Part shown: one piece after another, positions 48,918 through 63,027 of the stretch
How positions within the stretch are numbered: the first letter of the stretch is position 1
Layout of the letters: each line of letters begins with the position of its first letter
NCBI GenBank assembly: GCA_028534125.1
Contig: CM052816.1
Location: 29,576,001-29,640,000 of the forward strand
Origin: Lama glama
Lineage: Eukaryota
Direction: 5' to 3'
Length of the DNA stretch: 64,000 nt
The notes under the pieces: model-generated
The model's database searches: none
Told to the model about the DNA's origin: nothing
Seen by the model: only the letters and a program-made list of their open reading frames with translations
Program-made: the position numbers and the translations under genes

Positions 48918-49148
48918 TAAAGTCCTAGGAGTCAGAGATACCAGGGGATCCTGATTCTTTGCCACTTACTGAGCATGCAACCTTGGGTAAATTATTTGAC
49001 TTCTGTGATACTCCATTTTCTCATCTGTGAAATAGGAATAATAATAACCACCTCATAGGGTTGTTGTGACAATTGGAATATGCACCTAGAGTGCTTAGCA
49101 CAGTGTGTGATACATGGTAAGTGCTCAGTACATTTTTGCTGCTGTTAT
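48918..49148 (+). mobile_element. MIR SINE (representative; other MIR/L2 relics at about 1530-1760, 3080-3425, 4025-4135, 6040-6200, 6960-7135, 9090-10050, 16150-17000, 22070-22200, 32990-33150, 35400-35600)
   Basis: MIR core accttgggtaaattatttgacttctgtg..ttttctcatctgtgaaataggaataataataaccacctcatagggttgttgtga. Confidence 0.8.
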
Positions 49149-50364
49149 AAGATTGCCAATTGCAAAAGGGCTTTGATTTTGGACAAAAATCAATCCAGGC
49201 TAGACACACCTACTACCAATATGCTATGTACCTTTAAACAAGTCACTTTGCCAAACTGTTACTCTGTTTTTGGAACTAAGAATGGAAATAACAATGCAAT
49301 TGTTTGTAAATAAGATTGTGAAAATTTAAAACATTAAATAAATGTGAGTAATTTATGTCACCTCATTAAATCTATAGTTATATTTAATTAATTAATGTTT
49401 TGTATTAATAGTGTGCCTTCCACTCAGGCATTAATAAGACATTTCAAAGATGAGCAAGTGTAGAGCATTGAACCTGCCCAAGGTTATAGACTCAGTAAGA
49501 TAAGAGGAGCAGATATTCTGTAACTGTCGGACAATTAGAAAATAAATGTTAAAAATAGAAATGTTAAAATAGAAAAGATTTTCATGTTTATTCCCAAGTA
49601 GTAAATAATAAGCTCTCAGTGAACCTTAGCAGCTGCTCTCTTAGGAAGTGGGTAGTACTAATGACCAGATCTTGATTGGTAGGTGATACTGTGGGTCTTT
49701 AGGCCACTTGAGTACATATGGCCATTCCTCTCCCTTCTGATGCCTAATTCTGACATAAAGTTTAGCTCTCCAAGAGGATTAGCGGCAAAGGAGGAAAGGT
49801 TATGCTATGAAATGATGGAACTCCTGGGTCCCCTAAGTCATTCTGCTTTGACCCTTACTTTTCAAGGCACAAGATTCATTATTAATTGGCTCACTAGCCT
49901 CTTTTAGTTGAAAGGCTGTTCAGAATAGTGACTTAAAGCCTTTGAGCCAGACTGCCTGTTTTTGAATCATGGCCTGGTGCTCACCAGCAGTGTACACTTA
50001 ACCCCCAGGGCTTTAGCAGGGGTGTTAAAAGTAACACCTACCTCAGACCAGCGCCTAGACCATGCTAAATGTCCACAGTCTACGCTGTATGCCTAACTGG
50101 AATGTGGTTCACCTAAAAGGTGAACTGGAGGATAAAGCTAGCTTAAATTGAAAAATTTATATGAGCAGTCACCATCAAGACACCAACGTGAATCCCTTCA
50201 TAGTGACATAAATAATAACACTTATTTACTCCTCACTGGTGAAACTCTGAAAGTTAGTACAGGCAGGGGATACATGTGTGGGCTTTTAAGTCAGTCATGA
50301 CACTTCCTTTGTGTGCTTGCCTTGATTTCCCCATCTGTAAAACAGTTAAAAATAGTACCTTCTT

Positions 50365-50476
50365 AAAAATGTGACAATGAATATATGTATGTTCAAATAT
50401 AACTGAAAAATTGTGCTCTACACTGGAATTGACACAACATTGTAAAATGACTATAATTCAATAAAAAATTTTTTTA
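50365..50476 (+). mobile_element. short L1 3' fragment inserted in a MIR
   Basis: TSD AAAAATAGTACCTTCTT at 50348-50364 and 50477-50493. Flanks show the MIR core (ccttgatttccccatctgtaaaa / gttgtgagg..gataatgcatgtaaagtg). Confidence 0.88.
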
Positions 50477-53400
50477 AAAAATAGTACCTTCTTCAGAGTT
50501 GTGAGGTTTAGATAATGCATGTAAAGTGATTAGCATAGTTTCTGACAAACAGTAAATACTTAACATTATTTATAATAAATGTTAGTGGTGGTAAAATAAC
50601 AAGGCAAATAAGCCACTTCTGAGATTCTTAGTTTTAACTATGATTATCACACATTTAAATGTGTTCAGAATGGGGGCTTCTCATTGTAGGTTTAGACGTA
50701 CATAAACAATTCTAGAAGAACCCTATGCCTGGAACATAGTAGGCACCTGTGTGAATATGTCAGACGAATACCTCTGTGAGTACACTGAGTGTTGTTCTTT
50801 CCTCTGTGAACCTCACATTTCAGTCTCTGAGATTTTTTGCTTTGTTTTACCTTACTATTTCAGGTCATTTTAGCTGAGGGAGTTGTTTATGCCAACATTG
50901 GGTCCTGCAGTATCTAATCTAATCTTAATCTGAATCTGTTAGAAGCAGCTGAAAGAAGCCATAACCAGTTGGCATTACCTGAAAAGTATGAAAAGTTTGG
51001 GGAAACATTTTTTAAGAGTAATAGCAAAAGAATAGGATGTTATTTCCTTGGATTTAAATGCCTTGCATGTGTATTGGAGTTTGGATTACCTTCTTTATGG
51101 ATTAACTCTGGCAAAATTTTAGTTGGCATTTTCCCTCATCCAGTTTACTCTGCTTAAAGCTCATTATTGTCCTAATAGACTAAAATTAACTTTAATATTA
51201 GCTCAAGCAGAATGTAATAAGGAAGATAGACCTTTAGCTCTGCTCTTCCTCAAATGCATTCCAAAGCAAAATAGTAGTTCTACATTATGAGTTGCTCTCA
51301 AATATTCAAAACACTGCCATTGATCATTTAAATAGATGAACAATTTTCTAAATTGTAATAATAAAATAACAACATATTTTAGCAGAAGAATACTTGCTTA
51401 CAATTGCCAAGGGGAAGCAGATTTGAGTGTACCCATTTGTATACTTTCAATAGGTTTATTAAAATCTCTTTCCCTTACCACAGCACTTAATCCAAATTTT
51501 ATTTTCATTTGCAATGTTGCATATGTTGCTGTGGGGACTCATGGCACTAGAGTGTGGCCAGGTCAGAATATACCAGAATCTGCACCTCTTTGTGTGTTTC
51601 TAGCTCTGTTTGTGGCATTTTATTATCATTTATTGGCTATATGTGATTTCTTTGTCTGTATACCTATCCAAGAGATACCTCTTAGAACTCCTGTGGTCCA
51701 AGTAATGTCTTATTGAAAAGAAGGAGGGAAGTAAGCAAGGAAGAAAGGAAGGTAGGAAGGGGTATTAGTATGGAGCTAAAGTCAGAGAAGTTGGGTCTAG
51801 GAAAGCACTATTGTCCTAACGCTCTCCCACCTTCTGTATATCACCCTGTTTGCTGACTGCTCTTTTCTGTCTCTGTCCAATTTCTTGATGATTCTAGCTT
51901 TAAAGAGAAGTGACTCCAAGATCTTTTCTTTGTTGTCACAAATGGGTTCAGTAATTTCAGTAATAATAGTGTCAATTAGAAATATTTTTATTATAGGATT
52001 TAAAATAGGCTACACTGAATAATTCACAGGTCTATCATTTATGGTCTTGTCCAACTTCCTTTTTTCAAAGCTTGATTTATATTTCTGTCAGCCCTGGGAT
52101 CAGTAAAAACTTCTGAGATGAAAAAAGAAAAAAAGACTTAATGTTGCTTTCCCTCTATACTCGTAACTTACCCTTTTATCTATAAGAGCTAGGAAGTATT
52201 CATTTTGAAATCACACTTATTTTTGGCCCTAAAGAGTACATTAAATAATGTACAATGACACTTAAAGAAATACAGTTGTTTAAATGGCTTTTGAGAGTAC
52301 TGCTCTTTGACACCGAAAGACACTTGATTGAATGCATTCTTTACGATTGTAAGATAGCACAGCTCATTAACTTGAGGGTTAGAATGGCATTTACTGTGTA
52401 TTTTACTGTTTCAAGAATAGGGTTTTTGTAATAGATTATGTTGTCAGTCCAATGTATCGGGAAACACGTTAATCTAATTTTTAAAGTATTGTATTTCCTT
52501 CTTTGAACAGATAGTACAGTCATATGGTTTAAAATTTAAAAGGTACAAAAGGGTACATAGTGAAATGTCTCTTTCCTGCCCCTGTCTCCCAGCTCCCTGG
52601 TTCCTGGAGGTAAGCACTGTTTGGGGTACACTTCCAGACATAGTCTCATACTGATTTTTGACACATCGCATTTACTCTAAGCATGTGTTTGACTCAGCCT
52701 CTATACATCGAAATCAGTTATTTCCTAAAGGAGTCATTTCTCCCTGCTGGCCATTTGCTATAAATTAATTCACAAAAGCATTCAGTTTAATTAAACTCCC
52801 ATTTAAATGAATTTGATAGAACGTTGCAGTTGCTGGGGTTAGTTTAAATAATGTTTGAAAGAAAACCAATTGTTACAGAGTTGAGATGGGCCTTTGAAAA
52901 AAATAAAGCAGTGTCTTTTCTTGGGTTTGTCAGTTAAGAGGATGATATGTATATTAGGGACACTTGTCATGTGGGAGAACATCAAGTTAGGCTTCAAATC
53001 TAATACCACAGTGCCCTTCTTATCTTTACCTCATGCTGAATGTTTTTAGTAATAAACTTGACCTTAGCCTAACTCCTCTATCCTGTCAACATTTGAGTTC
53101 TATGCCCTTTGAGAGCTGCCCAGGGGGTCTGTCCATGTTTCCCTCACTTCCCTGTCCTCCTCTGTTCTGCATCCCATCAGATTTCCCACATATGAACACA
53201 GTTACAGCGTCAAAAATTATTTCTAAAGAAATCAGGTTGGATATACCCACGTTTGGGAACAGCATTTCTGTATGAGGCGCTCCATTCCGTGCAATTTGTT
53301 GAACTATATCACCTGCTTTACTATTAATGGGTCATTTGTTTGGATATGGGAATTGGGTCATTTGTTTGGAAATGGGAACTTAAGTTAGACAAGTATTTAG

Positions 53401-53745
53401 TTAAATTGGACTTTTCTTGATGACGCAGGGCTGTCTGAAACTCTACTAGGAGAAATTATTTATGAGGTGATCATGAAGGAAGGTGCCTGGTCCCACCCAT
53501 GAAGGAGTTCTCTATCTGGGGCCCTGGAAGGGTGTTATAATGAAGATATAAGGCAAGGTATTCTCCTCAGGGTACATACTATGAGTCCATGATGAGATTA
53601 CTTTCTAATGAGGGCTTTTGGGTATTTCCTGGTGTTTTTCCTGCATCACTAGGATTCAACAAGGCCTTGCCTTATACTAAACTATACACACAGTTAGAGC
53701 AAGGTCCCAGGGTTTTACTGGTTCTGTCACCAGAAATTTACACTA

Positions 53746-53862
53746 AGAAATGTGTGTATATATATAATATAAATATATACATACATATATGTATATCTGA
53801 ATCACTATGCTGTACACCAGAAATTAACACATTATAAACTGACTATACTTTAATTAAAAAAA
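53746..53862 (+). mobile_element. short L1 3' fragment
   Basis: ctgaatcactatgctgtacaccagaaattaacacattataaactgactatacttt plus an A tail. Confidence 0.8.
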
Positions 53863-55440
53863 ATTATACTAACAGAGCATGTACTAACTAATAGGAACAG
53901 TGTTTTTTTTTTTTTCAGGTAATGTAACTAGGCAACCAGGAATTTGATTAGAATCTGCTGTTTGCTTGACACAATAATTCTTGTTGCCCTCAAGGCTTCT
54001 ACCAACAAGGTTAGAGACTCCTTTGACAATGTCAAGCAGTTCAAGAATTATTGGTTCATCTGTGTTAATATATTTTTTCCCAGTATGCTTCAGATTAAGT
54101 ATTTTTCTACTTATTATTCATTTTAAAAACCATACTTCTTTAAATGGATTACCTGAAATATAGTCTCTTACTAGCACAGGCTTGTACATCAGAGATTGAA
54201 ACAAGCTTACTTGGATCCAACCTATTTTGGGGAATAAGTGAGAACTAATTTTAAAAAGAATTCAGAATTGTATACAAAATATTCATATTTATTTCTAGTA
54301 TATGTTCTCATAAGAAACTTTATCACTAAATTAAGGAGCGGTGAAAACTCTGTGGTCAGATAGTCTTGGTTTATAGTATCCAAAAATTCCATAGTTATGT
54401 TTTCTGCTACAAAGTTATTTGTTGAGTTACTCATAAGTTATTTCAGAAGCTAAGATACTGAGATAGTAATGACAAGATTCACAGAGAGCTATTGACTTGT
54501 CTAATGTACTTCCTATATAGGGACAAGAACAGAAAGAACATGTCTTGGAATAGAATTTAAACTGTAAATGGTTTAGGCTGCTATTTGTCCTGAAGATTAG
54601 TTTAAATGCAACGGATATTATATACATATATATATATTTTTTAAAGTGAGAAGAGTATCTTTGCATTTCAGTTTATTAGTATCTTTAGGTATTTGAATCC
54701 CCAGATTTGGTCTCAAACAACCTACTGTTGAAAACTAGTAGGAAAATGGCTTTTATTTTATTTTCTTAGTATGATTTCAGGCAGTTTATGTTTAAATAAT
54801 TCTCCTGAAAATTATTTTAGGACTGACAGGTAATGACTAAATGGAACAATTCCACCTCTGACTCACGGAGAATCTGGAATAAGTCATTTGAGTCACCTGC
54901 TTCTCTCATTTAGGAAATGTCACTATAAATGTACCATTAGGTGCTTGTAAAATGCTTGAATGCACATATAAAAGGTACTAGCAAATTACAAGGTTAGAGA
55001 GTCTTATTTTTAAATATAGCTTTGTAAAACTTCAAGCAGATGTTTTAGTTTCATTTTCAATCAATTCTGGAATAATGTGCTTATGCAGGGGGAAAAACCT
55101 ACCTCCCCTCCAAATGAAATATCTAATTAAAAAGTTTTATAGCCTCTCTCTGCTTCTGGTCATTAGGTTAAATAAAATAAATTGAAAGATACAAACATTC
55201 AGTACTGGATTTAATTTAAAATTTTTCCTAATTAAGTTTAAAAATCCACACAATATTCAGAGCCTACCGTAAATTAAATTAATTAAATCAGTTGCTTATT
55301 ACACTTTAGTTAAGTAGAATTAAACCTGTCTGCAGACTAAGTTTTTAAGATTAAACAAATGTCAGTCTCCTAATACTATTTCCCTTAAAAAAAAAGTACC
55401 GTATAGTATATACATAAAGTGCTTCATTAGAATAACTGAC

Positions 55441-56390
55441 AACTTTTTTTATGGTAGACTTTAGTTTTTAGAACAGTTTTAGATTTACAGAAAAATTGAA
55501 AAGATAGTTTATAGAATTACCATATATCTCATACCTAGTTTCCCCCTTTTCAATATCTTAACGTTATTATGGTACACTTGCTATAATTAATGACATTGAT
55601 ACAGTATTACTAACTAAAGTCTATAGTTTATTCAGATTTCTTAGTTTTACCTAATGCCTTGTTTCTGTCCCAGATCCCATTAAGGTACCACATTACCTTT
55701 AGTAGTTATGTCCATAGGTTCCTCTTGGCTGTGACACTTTCCGTGTTACAGTTTTGAGGACTACTGGTTAAGTATGTAAGATGGTCCTCTGTTGGGGTTT
55801 GTCTGATTTTTACCTCATGATTAGGCTAGGACTATGAATTTTGGGGAGAAGACCACAAAGTTTGTAAACTGCCATTTTCATCACATCATATTAAGGCTAC
55901 AGATGTCTACTTGGTTTATCACTGTTGTTGTTGACTTTGATCACTGGGCTGATGTAGTGTTTCTCAGGTTTCTCTACTGTAAAGTTAATCTTTTCCACAC
56001 CTCCCCATACTGTACTCTTTGGAAGGAAGTCACTATGCACAGACAACACTTTATGGAGTTCTTATAACTCTCTAAGTCGGGAGTTAATTCTCTCTCCTTC
56101 AGGGTAGAGTATCTGTATAAATTATTTGTTAATTCTTCTGCTGGGAGATTTGTCTCTTCTCCCTCATTTATATCTTTATTCAATCATTTTTTTGTGTTAT
56201 TATGGACTCGTGGATTTTTCTTTTATATGTTGGTTTATAACCCCATACTATATTTTGTGGCTCAACTTGTTCCAGGTTTTGCTATTGGGAGTACTTTTAG
56301 TTGGCTTCTGTATTACTTTGGTACACCCACCATTGTTTGTTGTTTGTTTGTTTGTTTTAGCATTTCCTTACTTTTGTCACTACAAGATGA
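55441..56390 (-). mobile_element. old L1MC-like 3' UTR remnant
   Basis: tttttagaacagttttagatttacagaaaaattg.. is an antisense old L1 3' end. Boundaries approximate. Confidence 0.7.
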
Positions 56391-58022
56391 TTCAGTCCAT
56401 ATGGGCATAGCTGACAACTTAAAAAAATATATATTTTAATTTCTTCCTAACTAGGAGAAATGACGATTCTAAAAAAATCTTATTTATCTCCCAAACTATC
56501 AGAGACTTTAAAGAACTATTTTTTCTGCATTTAATATTATGAGAAGTAATCATGAAATTAATATGAATTTCATTTCATTTTTTATAATTTCTGTAATATA
56601 GCATTACAATTAAAATATAATTTATAATGATGATTAAGACAAATGAATCAAAGATTTAAATGTATTAGGTATACTTTTAATACTGTTCATTATATTATAA
56701 CTTTTTTAATCAATTGTTCAAATGTCATGTATAAGACACTGAAATGTCCAGTCATCACAGATTATTGGAATTTTACCTGAGGAAATTGAATGATTTGTTT
56801 ATAAGAATGTGGGTAAATCTGAACATTCGTTAAGCTAAAAGGCACATTCATAACTTAGAACCAGATAGCAGTATGGCAAGACTGATAGATATTAAATGTT
56901 TTAATATAAGCAAAATTATATAGCATAGTACCTGACACATTTGTTTGAACCTTAATATTCAGGCTAAAGAGGCCCAGAGATAAACATAAAGCCTTGTGAC
57001 ACATGCTAGCCTAGAAGTGTTTCATTTCCTTAAGGATACTTAACGTGATTTCAGAAGACTGAGTGTGGCCTGGAAAGGCCTCTTTGATGTTCAGATGTGG
57101 ATGATTCCTAGAGGCTGCTGGGGCTCTAGGTGACCCTGGATGAAGCCTGAGAGCTCCTGGTAGCAAGACAGTGTAAGAATCCACTGTTTAAGGTTTACTG
57201 ACTGATAAAAAAAAAAATAACAAAATAACGGCTATAACAACTCTGTGGTGACCATTCATGTCAATTTATGTGTATTGCTAGAGTCACACACTGCTCAGGC
57301 TTCTTCTAGGCTGCTCCCTGCAGATGGCCTGCAGAAGCTATGGGAAGCAAACTAATGAATAGAATGGTTCTATTCCTAGAAAGGGCAAGAATCACTCCCC
57401 CACCAAATTCCTAGTTGATAGGACAGATAGCAACCCGTATGTTATACCAAGTTTTTGCTTTCATAAGGAAAGTTATAGTCTTGCAGATTAAAAAGTAGTT
57501 TAATTTAAATTCAGTAAGTGTGGAATCAGTTAACTTCTCCATTATTGTCCTAATTTCTTCATTATCATCCATTTATCATATGTTGTCCTGTATAATATTC
57601 TTTTTCTCCCACATGTTTTTCACAGTTCAAACTATTATGGCTTTTATGCAATTTAAACTTCACAGTAACCCAAGAAGAGAAGCAGAATGAGAAGGGAAGC
57701 TATCTTCCTTCATTTTACAGATTAGAAGAGAGACTCAGAGTGGTGAAGTAATTTTCACAGTGAGGTGATTTTAGGTAGTAAGCAGATTAATATTTTAAAA
57801 AATGTTTGAATATATAAAAATATAACTAGCTCCTCAAGGTTATGATATAATGGATATTATTATTTTAGGGTAAGATTAAACTAGATATTGAATATGAAAG
57901 TCAGTGAATATAAATAAAAATAATGAGTACACAAGAAAAAATGTGAAAATCATGAATGCTTGAAGGTCAATGTTTATTTATTATATATTATTATTATTAT
58001 TATATTTATTATATATATTATT

Positions 58023-61000
58023 TATTAAATAACCAATACATCACTGAAGAAATCAAAGAGGAAATTAAAAAATACTTAGAGACAAATGAAAACAAAAACG
58101 CAATGATCCAAAACCTCTGGGATACAGCAAAAGAAGTTCTGAGAGGTAAGTTTATAGCAATATAAGCTTCAGGAAACATGAAAAATCTTAAATAAACAAC
58201 CTAACCTTACACTTAGAGCAACTAGAGAAAGAAGAACAAACAAAACTCAAAGTTACTAGAAGGAAGTACATAAAGATTACAGCAGAAATAAATGAAATTG
58301 AGACTAAAAGAACAATAGAAACAATCAATGAAACTAAAATCCCATTCTTTGAAAAGATAAACAAAATTGATAAACCTTTAGCCAGATTTATCAAGAAGAA
58401 AAGGGAGAGGGTCCAATTTAATAAAATCAGAAATAAAAAAGAAGTTACAATTGATACCACAGAAATACAAAAGATCATAAGAGACTACCACGAACAGCTA
58501 TATGCCAACAAAATGGACATTGTAGAAGAAATGGACAATTCTTACAAAGGTACAATCTCCCAAGACTGAACCAAGAAGAAATAGAAAATATGAACAGACC
58601 AGTTACCAGTAATGAAATGGAATCAGTAATTAAAAAGCTCCCAAGAAACAAAAGTCCAGGACCAGATGGCTTCAAAAGGTGAATTCTACTAAACTTTTGG
58701 AGAAGACTTAACACCTATCCTTCTGAAACTATTCCAAAAAATTTCAGAGGAAGGAGCACTTCCAAACTCATTTTATGAGGCCACCATCTCCCTGATAGCA
58801 AAATCAGACAAAAGTATCACAAAGCAAGAAAATTACAGGCCAGTATCACTTATGAATATAGATGCAAAAATCCTCAACAAAATACTAGCAAACAAACTCC
58901 AACAACACATTAAGAATCATACACCATGATCAAGTGGGATTTATCCCAGGGTCACAAGAATTTTTCAATATCTGCAAATCAATCAGTGTGATATACCACA
59001 TTAACAAATTGAAGAATAGAAACCATAAGATCAACTCAATAGATGCAGAAAAAGCTTTTGATAAGATTTAACATCCATTTATGATAAAAACTCTCCAGAA
59101 AGTGGGCATAGAGGGAACATACCTCAACAGAGTGAAGGCCATATATGACAAACCCACAGCTAACATCATATTCAGTGGTGAAAAGCTGAAAGTATTTCCT
59201 CTAAGATCAGGAGCAAGACAAGGATACCCATTCTCACCACTTTTATTCAACATAGTTTTGGAAGTCCTAGCCATAGTAATCAGAGAAGAAAAAGAAACAA
59301 AAGGAATCCAAATAGGAAAGAAGAAGTAAAACTGTCACTGTTTGCAGATGACATAATACTATACATTGGAAATCCTAAAGACACTACCAGAAAATTTCTA
59401 GAGCTGATCAAGGAATTCAGTAAAGTTGTAGGATACAAAATTAATATACAGAAATCTGTTGCATTTCTGTACACTAACAATGAAATATCAGGAAAAGAAA
59501 TTAAGGAAACAATCACATATACCATTGCATCAAAAAGAATAAAATACCTAGGAATAAACCTACTTATGGAGACAAAGAACCTGTACTCCAAAAATTTACA
59601 TGACACTGATAAAAGCAATTGAAGACAACATAAACAAATGGAAAGATAATAGTGTGCTCTTGGATTGGAAGAATCAATATTGTTAAAACAGCCATACTAC
59701 CCAAGGCAGTTTACAGATTCAAAGCAATCCCTATCACATTACCAATATTTTTCACAGAACTGGAATAAAAAATTTTTTAATTTGTATGGAAACACAAAAG
59801 ACCCCAAATAGCCAAAACAATCTTGAGAAAGAAGAACAGAGCTGTAGGAATCATGCTCCCTTGCTTCAGACTATACTACAAAGCTACAGAAATCAAAACA
59901 GCATGGTACCAGCACAAAAACAGACACATACATAGATCAATGGAACAGGGTAGAAAGTCCAGAAATAAACCCATGCCCTTACAGTCAATTAATCTATGAC
60001 AAAGAAGGCAAGGATATACAATGGAGAAAAGACAGTTTCTTCAATAAGTGGTGCTGGGAAAACTGGACAGCTACCTGTAAAAGATGAAATTAGAGGATTC
60101 TCTAAAACCATATACAAAAATAAACTCAAAGTGGTTTAAAGACTTAAATATAAGACCAGATACTCTAAAACTCCTAGAGGAAAACAGAATATTCTTTGAC
60201 ATATAAATTGCAGCAATTTTTTTTTGGAACCAGCTTCTAGACAAATGGAAATAAAAGCAAAAAATAAACAATGGGACTTAATTAAACTTAAATGCTCTTG
60301 CACAGGAAAGAGAAACTATAAACAAAATGAAACCAAGCTATAGAATGGGAGAAAATATTTGCAAATGACATGGCCGACAAGGGACTAATTTCCAAAATAT
60401 ACAAACAGTTCATACAGCTTGATATCAAAAAAATAAAAAAACCCAATCAAAAAATGAGCAGAAGACCTAAATGGATATTTCTCCAAAGAGGGCATCCAGA
60501 TGTCCAACAGTCACATGAAAAGATGCTCAATATTGCTAATTATTAGAGAAATGCAGTCAAAGCTGCAGTGAGATACCACACTGGTCAGAATGGCCATCAG
60601 CAAGAATTCTACAAATAATAAATTCTGGAGAGGGTGTAGAGGAAAATGACCCCTCCTACACTGTTGGTGGGAATGTAAACTAGTGTAGCCACTATGAAGG
60701 ACAGTACAGAAGTTCCTTAAAAAACTGAAAATAGACTTACCCTATGACCCAGCAATTCCACTCCTGGGCATACATCTGGAGAAAACTCTAATTCAAAAAG
60801 ACACATGCCCGCCAATGTTCATAGCAGTACTATTTACAATAGCTAAGACGTGGAAACAAACTAAATGTCCATAGACAGTTGACTGGATAAAGAAGATGTG
60901 GTATATATAGAAAAAGGAATATTACTCAGCCATAAAAGGGATGAAATAATGCCATTTGCAGCAACATGGATGGACCTAAATGTTATCATATTAAGTGAAG

Positions 61001-61360
61001 TAAATCAGACAAAGACAAATATCGAATATATAGAGAGAGAATCTAAAAAAATGATATAAATCTTATTTACAAACCAAAAATGGACTCACAGACATAGAAA
61101 ACAAACCATGGTTACCAAAGGGGAAATGGTGGGAGAGGGGTAAATTAGGAGTTTGGGATTAAAAGATACACATCACTGTATACAAAATAAATAAACAAGA
61201 AGGTCCTACTGTATAGCACATGCAACTATATTCAATTTCTTGTAATAACATATAATGGAAAAGAATCTGAAAAAAATATGTTTGTGTTTGTATAACTGAA
61301 TCTCTTTGCTGTACACCTGAAACTAACATTGTAAATCAACTACATTTCAGTAAAAATAAA
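58023..61360 (+). mobile_element. 5'-truncated LINE-1 (~3.3 kb): disrupted ORF2 (RT and C-terminal region) plus 3' UTR
   Basis: ORF-track fragments NNQYITEEIKEEIKKYLETNEN.. and [37 protein letters not shown] are L1 ORF2. RT motif LFADD (ctgtttgcagatgac) near 59338. Multiple stops and frameshifts. Confidence 0.95.
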
Positions 61361-62810
61361 ACAATTAGCCATAAAAAATACTGAGTACTGAAATGGGTGG
61401 AATATGAATGTGAAAGAAATCATGAATGTGAATGACTAAAGTTTGGGAAAAACTAAACTATACTCTTCCTAGATCCTAAAAGACATTCTAAAAGAAATAA
61501 GGTCATTACTAAAGGAAATCAAGCAAGAGACCAAAAGAATGAAGAAAGAAAGAAAGAATAATAAAAAGTAATTTTTAAAGAGTAGATTAAATTTTATAAT
61601 GATTAAAATAGCCTGCATTTGCCTGACCAGATAAGTTGTGTGTGTTATATAATAACAGTAAACATTTAAAAAGTAAAATATGTTCTATAAATGCTGAAGA
61701 TTTAAAAATATTTTATCTCTTGTGGAATTTCTGTTATTTTAATTATAGTAATAATTAGCATTTCTCTTTACACTTTAATATAACTAAATAAAATGTCATG
61801 AGGAAGCATCAACTAGCCAAATTTAATGCTCCTAAAAGAAGTAAGCGATTGTTTTTCCTCAGGCAAGGGAAATTGACTTCTGATTTAGGCAGTAAAAAGC
61901 TTCAGGTAAGTAGAATTAACACACACAGATTTTGATTTTCTTAAATGGAAAGGCAATAAGATGTCCCACAAAGTGCACTGGGCTAAGAATTACAAGTCCT
62001 GGGGTTTAGTCTTAGTTTGTGACTTTAGGCAGATGATCTTTTAAAGAAAATCTTTACCTAATAAAGAGGATTAAGATTTCTAGGAGTCACTTTAGTTCTG
62101 ATCCTCTCTGAGTGAAAAATTTATCCTTGCCAATTTCCCACTATATGAAGCAGGGTTTTTTTTAAATGGTGGATTTGGGTGTCAATCCTATTTGATTCCT
62201 GAGGGCATATTAGAATGGGGCCCTCTCCCCAGCAGTTCTCTTGTGTAGGCCCCACATCCTTTGGGGATGTTTTCTTTACCTTGTGGTTAAAAGGGAAGGA
62301 GGTATGAAAGATATTTTCCTGCTCTTTCCAGATTCACCTTTTTTTTTTTTTTAAGTTTCTTATGTTATCTTTTGTAGCAATAATCTTGAAAACTATGTGA
62401 ATATCCAATTTTATCTCATACTTCTCTGTCCAGAGCTCCAATTCACCTTTAACATCTCCAGCCAAGATTAACTAAATTAACTAAATATCTGAAATTAATT
62501 ACAATGCAAACAACATTTATGAAGTATATTTTTATTCAGACTTTACTTGGACTATTGGCACTTCTTTCTATACTCATTTACTAACCCATAGTCTCTCATC
62601 TCTGTTTATATTTTCCTATTAGCCCTGATTTACCCACCTCAGTGGCTAAAAAGAAACCAAAAGTTGCTCTTTTTTTCCCCCTTTCTTTTAATATCACAGC
62701 AGCAACTCCCAACTTGCGACACAGCTGTTGGGGCTCATGAGAGCCAAGGTTCCTAAAACACACAACTCTACCCCTTAATCAGCCTATATTACCAGTAACA
62801 TTTCTGAAGG

Positions 62811-62971
62811 CATGGGCAGATCCAGATTTTATGGGACGTGAAGATTTTACACTTCTGTAGGACTTTTTAAAAAGAAGAGACAAAATTAGATTCATTTCTA
62901 AGAAGAGGCCAATGCAAATGAGAAGCACTGAAGCTTAAACTTTATTAGCTTCAGGGTTAAATTTGTCACTG
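62811..62971. mobile_element. MER115/Zaphod-like hAT-Tip100 deletion derivative
   Basis: ggcagatccagattttatgggacgtgaag..ctgaagcttaaactttattagcttcagggttaaatttgtcactg resembles recalled termini. Confidence 0.55.
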
Positions 62972-62982
62972 CCAAGGAAATT

Positions 62983-62986
62983 CATA

Positions 62987-63027
<41 letters not shown>

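Noticed and set aside
50106..50126. Hairpin GTTCACCT-aaa-AGGTGAAC resembling inverted nuclear-receptor half-sites (similar short hairpins at ~57357-57375 and ~29514-29556)
   Set aside because: Stems of 8-9 bp are expected occasionally in 64 kb; there is no TSD, conservation or other context to support function.
53328..53378. 26-bp-period tandem duplication TGGGTCATTTGTTTGGA(T/A)ATGGGAA
   Set aside because: A simple two-copy duplication with no other supporting signal.
57956..60271. Several ORFs with reverse-transcriptase-like peptides
   Set aside because: These are fragments of a dead, 5'-truncated L1 ORF2 with frameshifts and stops, not an intact or domesticated RT.
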